From NCBI GenBank assembly GCA_965235115.1, contig OZ249447.1, positions 9,424,001-9,488,000 on the forward strand: 64,000 bases of DNA, written 5' to 3'. The notes beneath the pieces were generated by a model that was given only the letters and a program-made list of their open reading frames with translations, ran no database searches and was not told the DNA's origin. Origin of the DNA: Laetmonice hystrix. Taxonomy: Eukaryota. The position numbers were made by a program, and so were the translations under genes. Of this stretch, positions 1 through 12,851 are shown piece by piece; the first letter of the stretch is position 1; every line of letters begins with the position of its first letter.

Positions 1-1126
1 TGAAATAATTTGTTTCTTTTATATAGATCTGGACTATTTAGATTAAGTGAATGTAAAGCATGCAGGTTTCCCCGAACTTTCCTCTTGAATGGAAGAAACG
101 CTTTATTAGTGTTCATTGGTCTGATCTATAAGGAATAATACTATAAATTCTACACTTAGTGGGTACTTTATCAATTATGGTTGATCTGTCAAAATCTAAG
201 TGCGCTTTGATTACAATGAACTGCAGTGGCACTTTGTGAACATGAAGAGCATGAATTTATTTTATTTAAAATGCTGCAAATGTGTTTTACGCACATTTCA
301 AACTATTTCAGTCATTATCCACCGCTAAGCGTCTTCCATAGCCATAGGTCTACATTGTAAGAGATTGAAGAAAGCATTTAGGTTATACCTCTGCTCAAGA
401 TCCACACGTTTAAGTCCTGTTTTGGGATGCCCATCAAAAGTGCTGCTCGAGTCACAGCGGTGGCAGTGGGTTCCTGTTAATTCTAGTCAAGGATATAAGA
501 AGGGTGATTGAAGAACATTTAAATGGAGGCCTCATGGAGGCTGGGTAGGGTGGCAGCCGTCAGTCGAGACTTTAATAAATACCAGGTATTATCTGTGCTC
601 AGTCGGTGTGCTAGTTTGTTCAACATTTAAAAACAGCCTAATAATTGTCCTTGATAAATTGATATCTTTGATCTCTCTCGATGACAATGTGCTGGTGATG
701 TGTGGTTCCAAGTACGGTTTGGGTGAAAGAAAAACCTTAAAAATTTCGAAAAGGTAAAAATGTTTTGTAATTGTTGACCAATCATTCCATGTATTCATAC
801 CAAGGTTAGGTTTACAAGGTCACGTATATGGTGGCATGTATTAATTATTTAAATGATGTGACCCGACAGCAAGAATCTGATCTCTGTTTATCATGTTTAC
901 TTAGGTCATTACAAGCTAGCCTTTAATGTTGTATTTAAAAGGATGAGCCCCATGCTCCTGTTGGGACAAAGTGTTCAGACTACACATCACATTGTATGTG
1001 CACAGCAAGCTACCAGCCATGAAGGCTGCTGTGCTTGCAGTCAAGTCGCATACCCTTCCGTAGTAGAGACCAAGGTGAAAGTGCAGAATTATTGTAACAG
1101 TTCTATTGATAATGTATGTTAATGTG

Positions 1127-4100
1127 TGGTTCAGTATATTCAGATATTTATATTATTTATTATAACGTTCAGCATATACATTCGCTATTATTGTAAGGAT
1201 TTTAACTTGAGAAGTAACCATCAAGTACTCTCAAAGTTCATTGTGGCGTGTTTAATCTCAGTGCGTGTTTGAAGTCACATGAGTATACATTACATGTAAG
1301 GCTGGGTTTCCATAGAAGTTACGTTTTCACGTGTCATGCTTCACTTTCTTAACAGTTTCCACCAAGTTCACGTTGACGTTTCACGTCAGAGAAAGCCAGC
1401 AAGGTCATTCATTGATTCACGCGCGACTCGTGACATGAGGGTGAGGAGTAACATGTGAAAGCCTATGGAACCTGCACCTTGAAAATGACTTGTACATTCT
1501 ATTCACGCGTGAACTGTGAAACGTGAGCCGTGACACGTGAAGCGTGAACTATGGAAACCCAGCCTAAGGTTGCAAGATGAAAGTAAGATAACTGAAAGGA
1601 AGGTTACCTAAGGAAATAACCAGCAGAATTTGAACTACGAGGGGCAGACCAACGTACCGGTAACTTTGAGGAAGTAAACGTCTCGCTTGGAACGGTTTAA
1701 ACAATATTGTTGGTCCTGGCAATGGTTCAGGACATTTGTTACTATGTCACATTGCCATGGCATCCTACACAATGGTTTTTATCGACGTTATGGGTGCAGA
1801 GCGAGTCAGCTGCCAGGTTAGTGTTGGAAACTAAAAGGAACATTGACAAGGTCTTAGCTTATAGCAGCATGTTGGTTACAATTGAGTTTGGTGTATCTAA
1901 ATTCCTGTTAGGACTAATGTACTGCGGGGAATCTAGACTTGGTTAACAATTTGCTGTATACTTGTGTTTGTGGTATCTATATAGTATAGATTCATAGACG
2001 TGCATTACATCTGCCATCATATGAAAGACTGGTGTTCCTGCATCAGTATGGAATTCTTTCATAGTGTCTGCACTGTGCCATATAGTTTTTCTGTTGGCGG
2101 AGCCCGTTCTTAACAATAGCACCTTTTGGATGTAGTTATGTTTGTAAGTTTCAATGGTTTGGGCCAAGTGATTCTTTTGTAGTGTGATGTGGTAAAATAC
2201 CAATAGATTTCACAAGATTCACTTCTATCATGCTGCAGTACCATACCAGTACAGAGGGTGTACCATTACCATACCAGTAGTGTGCACAACATTCCCTCCA
2301 TCTGATGCTCTATCTGTAGAGGCTGGCGTGTTACAGTACATTGTGCCAGTTTTGCTTGCTGCGATTTTATGTGATAATGTAAAGGAACAACAGAAATTCA
2401 ACTGATAAGAACTGAGTTTGGGGATACAAATGTACTTCAATTGCTTTTACCGGTCTATAAATCCCTTTAACGTTGAGGGGAAAACACTTTTATCGGTACT
2501 TAAAAGTTTATTTAGAGCTGAGGAAAATGCTTTTGATTGTGTACCACTATGGTTTCCTAAGTACGTAAGACAAGTTTAAAGGTTAATATTTGAACAAAAT
2601 CGTGAGATAGTGTTTATGATGCAAAGAAATAAAAAAGGATCTCGATTCATAGACGGACATAATTTATCTAAACAACTGATCAATTCGATGTGTCTTTAGG
2701 AAGGAAATCCCACTGTTGTGGTAATTTAAAGTAGAATGTGATGTTTCTAACAGACTTCTTAATAAAAGACTCCTAGCTGTGATAGATGGAATAGGATGCC
2801 TTTAGTAAATGTTTAAATAAGAATTCATTTACCGATTGCTTGGTTGACGTGTTGAACTGTTAGAATTTGTGATTGTCTGCTTGTGTACCTGCAAATTTAG
2901 AAAAGTAATGTGGCCAGGAGATATGTGCGGTGAAAGTAAAAGGTATGGATTAATCTTAAATATTCTTAATGACTTGATGATGATACGGGAGGTGACAGTA
3001 ATTTAACAAAAATATATCAGATTTATACGTCATAATCTCCACATCCTCTGTTTAAAAATGTGGAGATTGTGATGGATGACGATGATTTCCAATGTTTGAT
3101 TAAAATTTAGCAAATGTAAATCACCATTGTTGGAAGTCATTTAGCACGTTCCGACAGTTTCAACATTTGATGCAGGAGTAAGGAACGACATGATTTGGAA
3201 ATGTTTGATGAGTCAGACAGAGAAGGTGTTCTAGCCTTCATAATGCTACCAGTCTGGTCTGTTGTTGTGATTTGTGGTTGGGCATTTGATCGGCATTGGC
3301 TTCACTGTTTACTAACCTAGTTGGCTTCAGCAAGCAATACCCCTGAATGGCTTCATTGGGAAATGACCTAATTGACGAGCTTCTTTGGTCTGTTACAGGA
3401 CCTTGTGAGTCAGTGTACTAAGAGAGAGAGAGAGAGTAAAGGAGAACAACTGGCTGGCTCTCTCATTCGTTACGTTTAGCCGTTGATCTTTGTTAAATGT
3501 TTCTTTTGATGTGTATATATGAAACGATAACGCATGCTCGTGATCGTCAATAAAAGGGTACGCATTTGCGATACAGTCCAAATATATTGTCATTTTGTAT
3601 TTCCTCATTCTTTGTTTTCTTGGTTTTTTGTTTGTTTGTTAATAAATGACTTTGTGCGTGTCCATCACAACACTGTTTTACCCAGCGACATAGGTCAACC
3701 TTTGGCTGTAAACGTCATGTAGGGCTTACCTGAGGGGAAATTATGTGGTTGAAATCTGTGGTATAACTTTATAATGAGAATAAATATCAGCTTGAGACAG
3801 TCAAGAGCAAAGCCTTGACCGTAAATCAAATTCTAGATGTGCCATTTTTAGCTGGATCAAGAATGGTGGAGTGTATTCTTCGCTAGAGGTCCAAGAAGTA
3901 CGTACGTATTCAATAACATGCACGAACAAGACAGAAAACATATTTTAGGTTCTAAGGGAGGGATACGCGGCACATTTTTATGGACAGTAGTAGGCCTACA
4001 GTGTGACTCCTAAGACCAGAGAATCACCAGGACAACCGTTTTTCCCAGGTGGAGAAGTTAAACTCGAGGTTTGTATCATCACGAAACATTTCCCTTCTCT

Positions 4101-4454
4101 ATTTAAGGAATCACGGGAATGAATAGGGGGCCTACTAGTTGGCACAAATACAGACAATTAACCAATCTTGTTTAGGCCTAAAGTCAGAGTTAACGTTTTC
4201 TCTGACGTGAAACGTCAACCTGAACTTGCTGGAAACCGAAAGTGAAGCGTGACACGTGAAAACGTGACTTCTATGGAAACCCAGCCTTACACGTATACTC
4301 ATGTGACTTCAAACACATACTGAGATTAAACACGCCACAAAGACTTCATGAACTTTGAGAGTACTTAATGGTTACTTCTCAAGTTAAAATCCTTACAATA
4401 ATCGCGAATGTATATGCAGAATAAATAATATAAATATTTTAACATACTGAACCA
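1127..4454. repeat. Long inverted repeat: arms 1127-1394 and 4197-4454 flanking ~2.8 kb
   Basis: 4197-4454 is the reverse complement of 1127-1394 with scattered substitutions and small indels (e.g. TGGTTCAGTAT at 1127 vs ATACTGAACCA ending 4454; GTAAGGCTGGGTTTCCATAGAAGT vs ACTTCTATGGAAACCCAGCCTTAC). Confidence 0.9.
1300..1564. mobile_element. PIF/Harbinger-type MITE (265 bp)
   Basis: TIR GGCTGGGTTTCCATAG / CTATGGAAACCCAGCC with TAA on both flanks (1297-1299, 1565-1567); interior rich in CACGTG/ACGTGA. A half copy lies at 4197-4286 and a fragment at ~4603-4627. Confidence 0.85.
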
Positions 4455-7177
4455 AACCACAACCACCCCGAGCTCTGAATGACCAACTTTCATTCAGCTC
4501 TGACCAAATCCATTCATCTACCCGTCTTATCCGCGTCTACTCCAGCCTCCCGGGCAGGGCTGGGCCAAGCACCGGGTACATCTAGGGCCCATAAAGGTCA
4601 CATTTTCACGTGTCACGCTTCACTTTCATGGCGGCTTCCACTTGACTAATCCCCCAGTAATCACCCAGCTTTGAAAGACATACTAAGCCTACCAGGTGTA
4701 ATGCTCACAAGAAATATATAATGTATTGGACGTTCTAGTTCAGATAAGGTCATGATTGAGTCCTCAGATTGAGAGTAGGTGAGGGTTTTATTGAAGGTTC
4801 GGTTAGGTAGAGTTTTAAGTTGTGTTTAGTCTCGGGCTCGGTTAGGTGAGGGTACAGTGCAAGCTCAGTGCGGAACGTCCCAGGTTCGGATGCACCCAAG
4901 GTGCTGAGTGACAGCACATTTAAAAACTTTAAAATAACACAGCAAGATACTATAGTTATTAAGCTTCTGCACTGTTGGTGCATATTTTATTTGTTAAAAG
5001 CATTTTAAAGATCGTGAAATATATACAATAATAATAATGATAATAAACAAAGAGAGAAATCCTCCCACAATTCAAACGAATGTGTAAGCTGCATAATCAA
5101 TCAGAACCTTGAAACATACACTGGCAGACCTACTTATTACTAGGATGAAAATATATCCCTCAACAAATCCATAAAATATCAATAAAATGTGGCAGTAATA
5201 TCTATGAACATATCGGCATATGAATGTATTTGGCAGCTGCCCAAAATTGAGAAGTGCTGAATCGAAAATTCACATTTTTAACTATATAAAGCAGTGCCTG
5301 GTCGTCTCGCTTACATTCACTGATTCGGATAACAACCTCACTGCGCGTTTATGTTTTTTTATTCCATGACCGTTATATATTATCCCACCTTTAAATTAAC
5401 CCAAACCATTGCTCCTACAGTAATCAATGAACACCTGCTACTACACACACAAAAACCACACTGGCACAGATGGTGGAAGAAAACAAATGCAATTTATTCC
5501 ACAAATGTGACCTGGCCTAGCACATCATAATACCCCACTCCTGTACCTAACACGCGCAAAGTCAGATGATAATATTTGATTGCTGCAAATTTATCGCCTG
5601 GTAGAGGTTGGTAGGTTAACTGAAATGCTGTCGTATAAATTATTATGTATCTTTATCTGTTCTGTTACTGTGGCCTTGAGGGCATACAACCGAAATATTA
5701 TCATATTAATCTGATCATAGAGATACATTAATACTTTTCCTGACAACATCTTTCTCTAACCTTTTATCATAAATATGATCTTTGCCCATTTGCGTATTGT
5801 AAGTACGCGCCTTATACAGCTTGGCTGTTAGTCTCAAAAAATAACAAATCAAATGCAATATTTTGTCACCATATACTCCAACAAAACTTTCATTCTTATA
5901 CAAAATTTAAATATCCAATCTAGTCTCGGTACAACCTGTGGGTACACCATGGGCACAGATTTTCTTCAAAGTCCGTCCTCCACACATCCTGTCCCCTTGA
6001 ATACGGCTACCATGACATGAAACACATGGTAACACTCGGGCACATTCTGGACATGCACGCTCCACGATCAGTTAAAGCTATTTACGATAAAGTATTTATC
6101 TTCAGACTTAAGTTTACACTCCAGGGTTTTACTTCTTGTACTACATTGGATTCCATTGCTCTGAGTGACATTTGACACCATCAACCAGATTAAGAGTCTG
6201 TAATACCTATTATCACTAGTTATGTCAGAAATTTTCACAAACTTTACAAACATGAGAACAGATGTAAGTATTTTTTCTACCAGCAGTTTAAAATCCAATA
6301 GATTGTCCATGTGTGGTCCACAAACATGTCTTGGTACATGTACACAGTACGATGTCCCAGCGGACTGACTCCCACTCAAACTTGCTGCAAGCTGAAGAAA
6401 TAACAACATTTGGCTAACGACATGAAAACATTCATTGAAAGCCAACGATGGGGCAACTAATGATGATATCTGAAATGAACTGAGCCGTACCACGTTCGTG
6501 TTACAGTTGATTTTGAAGGTCTAATATTCAAGGTAGGAGACTCGACAAGATCAAGACTTTTTTTAACAGCAGAGCTAACACTGCAATTCAGTAATAAAGG
6601 TCTCTTACTCCAACTTGAATGGAATGTTGAGTACTGTACATATCACATATTTTTCAAGGTCAAAGACAATTAAATTTCTACTTTCAACCTTGGGGGTACG
6701 TTCATTCTATTAAACCTGTAGTCTCACATACAATTATTTTGATTAGGCAGCAATGGAAACGTCTTCACCTCTTCCTCACAGGAAAGACAATATTGTCATT
6801 CCTACATCAGTTGTTGTAACAGCAGTGTTACCGCCTGGATTCCGTTGTTATAACATTACATGTATACAAATGTCAATGATGTACCTCCAGAAATGGTAGT
6901 GTTGCAGTGTCATGATGGTCTATGAACTAGCTAACAAAAACAGGACTATGCGAACATTGTATTGATGGGTTCCAGCAGTATATAAACAATATTTCCCAAA
7001 CCACTCATTATTCACGCAAATCTTAACTTGGGATAAATAAAATCCCCTTATTTACTCCATCCCCAGAGTACTTCTACATACCACAACCTCCCACCACAAT
7101 CTAATACCCTATCCCATGTCCTTGGACAGACCGTTTACCTTCAGCTCACGGCAACATTGTCTGTCAACATAACTTCC

Positions 7178-7379
7178 CCCCATAGACCACCTTTTTCATG
7201 ACTACATTTTGTCCAGGTAAAACTCAGACCAGTGTTCACTTCAATGTGTCCACTCAGAGAAGAGATTTCTAAAAACCATGCCTTTAGTAATCTTTCCCCA
7301 TAGCCCACCTTTTCATGGTTACATTTGGTGCAGGTAAAAGCTCCCACTATGTATATTTTCAGACCAGTGTTCAATTCAA
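7178..7379. repeat. Local imperfect tandem duplication
   Basis: CCCCATAG-CCACC-TTTTCATG...CAGGTAAAA...CAGACCAGTGTTCA-TTCAA occurs at 7178-7244 and 7296-7379. Confidence 0.65.
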
Positions 7380-7705
7380 GCTGTCCATGCTTTTAGTCAC
7401 GTGTCTTTAACTCTGTTCTGACTATAAAATATGAGAATATACTTTTATCGTTTACATCACAATATTACACATATCCATGCAGAGACAACATATGTGAGCC
7501 GTACACCGGTGCTCAATCAGGCCTGTGGAATATCTGTCTTTTCCTCAGTCAGTGCCTCAGCCTCTCGCACTCCGCCACTAGGACTAACTTTTGGCGGTGT
7601 CTGGGGTTGATGGCCAACAACACTGTAATGAGACAATCACAGCACCATGTTAAATAAACATGATTTCAGTATCAGTTACTGGGCTGGTATAAAATGATAT
7701 AGAGA

Positions 7706-7929
7706 CCTGGGGGGGGGGGGGTGTTCCTCATCATGTCGTTAGCTTGTCGTATCGTTAACTCCAATGTATTTTCAATGGGGATTTTAACGCATGACAGGAT
7801 AACGACAGATGAGGAACGCACCCCAGGGGTTTCCCAAGCTTAGCTTGTCGTATCTTTAACACCAATGTATTTTCAATGGGGATTTTAACGCACGACAGGA
7901 TAACGATGGTGTGTGATACGCACCCCTGG
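7706..7929. repeat. Small TIR element with a tandem partial second copy
   Basis: CCTGGGG...GTGTTCCTCATC (7706) and GATGAGGAACGCACCCCAGG (ending 7827) are imperfect inverted ends; the ~67 bp interior TTAGCTTGTCGTATC...GACAGGATAACGA repeats at ~7739 and ~7840. Confidence 0.6.
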
Positions 7930-9649
7930 CTAGTACAAGTACCCTTTAAAGCAGTTGTATGGAATGAGTCATGATCATGTAGACTGATGTACGAGATGTC
8001 TGTAATATGTGGTTTAGCAAAATGTCAGTGATTATCATATTATTCTACCAAGAAATATCATACTCTTGTGGCGGGTTATAAAAGGCTAGAGCTGCTTGTC
8101 AAATCATCACTTAGTTATACTCGTATATTAAACATGAACCCCACGACGTTTCTATCAAAATGCAAGAAAGGTTGGTACAGGAGGATTCAGGTTGAGAATG
8201 ACCCGGAGTACCGGTAGAAGACAACCGTCCACAGGTAACAGACAAGTAGCCTAGAGGGTCTGTGTGGGAGCCACAGATTTGGTAGCACTCTTTCCACGAA
8301 TTAACCTTTCTTGTAGTCTGATAGAAGTTTGGCACGAGTTATCACATGGGTCTGTGAATGATTGTTTCCAGGGTAAGGAAGCACAGAAGATATTGATTAT
8401 GCTCTCTGACACGGATTCTTTTCTAGCACAGCAAAATGTATTTTAACTCATAATGGGGGGGGGGGGGGGGGAGAGAAAAAGAATCCCCTGCATCTTTCTA
8501 TGAACTGTTCATGAACATATAAATGTGTCGCATCACTGAGAACATGGTATAAACTGCCTGCGTCGTCACAGAATGTTAATGTCTGAACTACCGGTAGTAG
8601 TAAAACTATGTTGGGCAAACTGAAATTGAGCAATAGTCATCTTGAATCGATTTCCAAATCGAAAAAAATCGATATGTAGGGTTTACTGCTGAAGAATAGA
8701 TAGAGTGAGTGATTTATGGGGATTATTCAGAAAGAGAAAAGACACCTAAAAATGCTCCCATCAGCCAAAAATGGTGGTGCCCATACTTGATTTGTGGTTG
8801 GATGGCGAATTCAATTCAGTTATTGTCAAATATACGTGTAAATTCAACTGAAATCGACTTTGACCAATTGTCACTCGCTTCACTGTCTCCCTTGGCTAAC
8901 CACATAAGTGATGCCACTACCATCCACTTTGCTGGATGGAGTTTATGAACATCTCATCATTAGGCTACCTCGAGCGAAATATTTCCTGCACTGACAAGAC
9001 AGAGGCACTCACCACAACCTGAGAAGCAAGTGTCAGTATGCTCTGGAATGAATACAATCAGAGTCCAAAGCAAGTGGTTTAGACAGGTTAGTCTACCCAG
9101 AAAGAGAAATAGGTCTACCAATATCTGCCCGAGATGGCTTTTTCTTACCACATGTCAATCAGCACTCTCCAGTTTGCAAGGTTTTACTAACTCCAGCCTA
9201 CAACAAATCAAGAGTCTTCAACTGCATTTACGAGAACTAATAATACAAGCACTCTTCATTCAAATTCAGGCGGTTTAAGCAAGGGGATATACCTATTCGG
9301 GCTTTAGTCATTTCTGACTTAGATGTATATGAATGGCACTCCCATTAAGCGTCTAATATAAAGACTTTTTCAGTTTCGATTCTGTTTGAAACTGCTGGTA
9401 CCTGTAACTGAGACTTATAAACTACTAATACAGACAGCAGTTAACTCTCAACAAACCAATTAACCCTTTAGTTAGAATAGTAAAAAGCTGCACCCATGGA
9501 TTATCTGAGATTAGAGATTTATAGGCATGCAGGTACCCTCCTCCAAAGCTTTGTTCTTGGAGTAATAAAAAAGTAAAACGATATTGAGTTTTGTATTCAG
9601 CTAACTTCATATTATGACATGCTGCTGCTGTTATTGTCCGTATCACGCC

Positions 9650-9830
9650 TAAAGCCCACTTCAGACGATGAACATACAAAATTCATGGTTTACTGCAGAC
9701 GATGAACATTTGTTCGGAAGTATTAAACATGTTGAATCGTTCGCAACAATTCTTCGGCCACCCCATGAGTGGAATTTTGTTCGTGAACAAATGTTCGTGA
9801 ACAAATGTTCGTCGTCTGAGGCAGGCTTTA
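9650..9830. mobile_element. MITE with imperfect ~26 bp TIRs (Harbinger-like ends)
   Basis: TAAAGCCCACTTCAGACGATGAACAT / ATGTTCGTCGTCTGAGGCAGGCTTTA; internal TGTTCGTGAACAAA repeats. TSD is ambiguous (TA, or TAA/TTA). Confidence 0.7.
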
Positions 9831-10516
9831 GACTATGGTGTGTTTCAATAGAAAATACCACGATTTTATTAGACTGATGAACTAGTTCTTTAATAGCGAC
9901 TTTTACCACATCGACTGTACTTCTGTCTTGGGAGATAAAAAAAAAAGCTGAACATAATCTATTTTAGTCCAGCTTTTGAGTTTAAATGTGCCCTCGTGTT
10001 AATACAAGTGAAACAAGTTCGGCTTGCAGCTTTTTCCATGGGTATCACACAAAGATTTTTAAGCTCTGCCTTTCCGTAAGTAATGATAGTGAGTAGTATA
10101 TCCCTCTGGCAGAAATTAAGACACTTGTAGCCTCTATCACAGCTATCCTTAATATCATATTTCATCAGAACAATATTAGGAAATGTTATCACACCCATAG
10201 CTTTTTACCAGTACCATGCTTTTACTGGAGAGCTCATTATGATTTTGGACTGTCAGCATTTACACTCACAGGTCACTTATATAAAATCATGTCAAACAGG
10301 TAGCAGTAATCGTTTACTGGTAATACAACATGTTTTCATTATTTATGAAACATGAAACAGCTAAGCAACTTTGCCACATTTGTCAAGTTTCTACAATATC
10401 ACCTCAAGTAAAATAGATATCTGCTATATACCGGTAAATTATATAAACTAATACAAAGGTAAAAGAAGTAAATTTTCTTACTCTCTATAAAATGAACTTT
10501 TTTGATTCCAACTTAA

Positions 10517-10857
10517 AGGTGCTATTCGTCTCGCACAGAATGACATTTCTCCTATCATACATTGTGCACATAGTACTAGAAAAAATTCCTACCGATACCA
10601 TTGGCCTGATAAACCTTCTATTAGTTTGTGTGCAGCATTTGAAACCTATCTCGGTGCGCACCGAGATAGAGCCATTTCCTATGGTGGGGCGTGTCAGGGT
10701 GTCCACAGGCCTTCTGAGAGAGCCCCATTTGTGCCGTTATCCTTGAAAAATTTTGATTTCCTTTGGTTTGAATCTATTTCCATGATAGGTGGGATCACAT
10801 AAACGTCAACAAAATTAAAAATAAAAAAATTGAATTTTTTTTTCACGAATAGCACCT
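10517..10857. mobile_element. Kolobok-type MITE (TTAA TSD, AG..CT termini)
   Basis: TTAA|AGGTGCTATTCGT ... ACGAATAGCACCT|TTAA; perfect 22 bp internal palindrome TATCTCGGTGCGCACCGAGATA at 10647-10668. Superfamily inferred from TSD and termini only. Confidence 0.75.
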
Positions 10858-12851
10858 TTAAAGCATGAACTGCATGTATACAAGATCCTAGTTGCACTGC
10901 CAACATGATCATATCAGGTATTCTCTGTATAAGATCAAGAGACATGCACTGTGATAATATTTGTTGTGAACAGACCATCCATCAGCAACAACATGAAGGA
11001 GTCAAATGACAATCCGCAAGACCAACACCATTTTCACCTTCATCACACTTGATTGAGGGTTTGACGGCAATGTATCATGAGTCTTCTACAAAACGTGCAT
11101 GTGAAATATGGCTACAAATACAGTTCAGAACATGTCTTATTTGTTTGGTTGTATTTGTAGATTCCTTAGCACTACTGTGTGCTGCTAAATGATCTAAGCT
11201 TGCAGCCAATCTTGGCTATCAGAAATCAAGATAAAGTGCACGATAATTATTCCAAGCCTAGCTCTAGTTTTGATTTTGATTAATTTTTCTGTTTTTTCCC
11301 CTTGCAATGTTCAGATGAGTTCAGGGAAGTAAACTGGCGATGAGTTTTGACAGTGAGCAATCTCACATGTCCGATCCCTGTCTGAAGGATAATGGTAGTG
11401 AAGGATGCAAGGAAGGATGGCTGGCTCTGCTATCACCGTGACTGCTGCTACCAGTTATTGGGGGAAGGTGCCTGGCGGGTGGAAAGTCTGCCTGGTGGAT
11501 GGCATGGAAACCAGCTAGCACACTTGAAGAGGCTATCAGGTGTTCATACTGCAACCAGAAATACAGAGAGACACGCCTGAGTTCGAGAGGGAGGCAAACC
11601 AGTGTGACGTTAAAAATCAGATTAAAATATAAAAAATAAAAATAAATACAGTTCAGAAGGAGTGATGGCTTTGGTGTACTGGTAAGCAGCGTTCCCACAG
11701 ATTGTAAAGTTGAATGAGGACAGAGTTTTAATAGTCTGAAGAGCGTACTAATATGTTATGTTTGAAAAATAAACCATATTAAGCTATATATAATTGACCA
11801 TGCATTTGTGAAATTTAATCCAGCAGACCAGAGTCAAACAGTCAGATGAATAGAGGACAGAGAGACAAAATTGAGAGGTGCTGGTAGAGTGGTACCGGGT
11901 AGTTGCTATATTTCCTGATTTGCTATGTACAATACATGTATAGTCTCCTGACAGACATGGGGCAGAGGTCAAATTAGAAACCTTGCTCCTACGAGTAACT
12001 GGGTTAGGGCTAATAAAACCGACCAAGTAAATGACTAAACATAACATTGGAATTGGAACCTAGCCCTGATCTGCCCGCTCAGTCAGGTGGCTTAAACAGT
12101 TCTTCAGAGTAACTAGCAAAATGTGGTGACAATGTGTAACTTAAACTGTAAGTTTCAACAACAATTACAGTAACAAAATACAAATATTTATGTTGATAAC
12201 TTAACTATACTTATACAATTACAGAAACCTAACCAAATTACCCTCTAGGCACCCCCTTTTTTAATATACAACCCATCTAACTTGCTCTGTACTAATGATA
12301 ATACATAGACAGCAATAAAAACAGAAGAATGGTCTTTACATCACACTGGCCAAAATCAGAACACCCTAGCTGCATTACTCAAGCATGCTCTGATTCTCCG
12401 CGATGTACGGTATAAAGAAATAATTGTTAGCTGCAGACAGTGCAGGGCCACTGAGGATAGGCCTATGACTGCAACGGGTGCCCACAACTGTTTCCTTAAC
12501 ATCTTGAAGACAAATTTGGGTGTAGGCTTACATTAATTAAGGACTCCCTGTCATTTTCCTCACACCAAAAAGCAGACCCTATCTTTTGAAGGGCACCCAA
12601 AGGCGCCCATGATTTTGAAGTTATGAGTACCGGTACTCTAAATGGTGTCTGACCTGTTAGCTTGAAAGGCTTTAGGCCCATAAGATTTTTAAGACTCTCA
12701 TGTAGCTCCTGTCTCTACTCTCCAGAGTCACTGATGGTGCTTGTGTTGTTTTCAAAAGACAGGGTCTGAAAAAGAGTTTTCATCCATCCCTTCCACTTAT
12801 TAGGCTGAATATGGCACTTATTCTAGATTCATATTAAATCATTTAACATAC

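Noticed and set aside
6068-6493. 141 aa minus-strand ORF, the longest in the first 12 kb
   Set aside because: No recognisable family motif; length is compatible with chance.
11880-11990. SGDYTCIV, resembling the Ig-domain D-x-G-x-Y-x-C motif, on the minus strand
   Set aside because: Isolated short match with no upstream Cys/Trp strand or convincing splice context.
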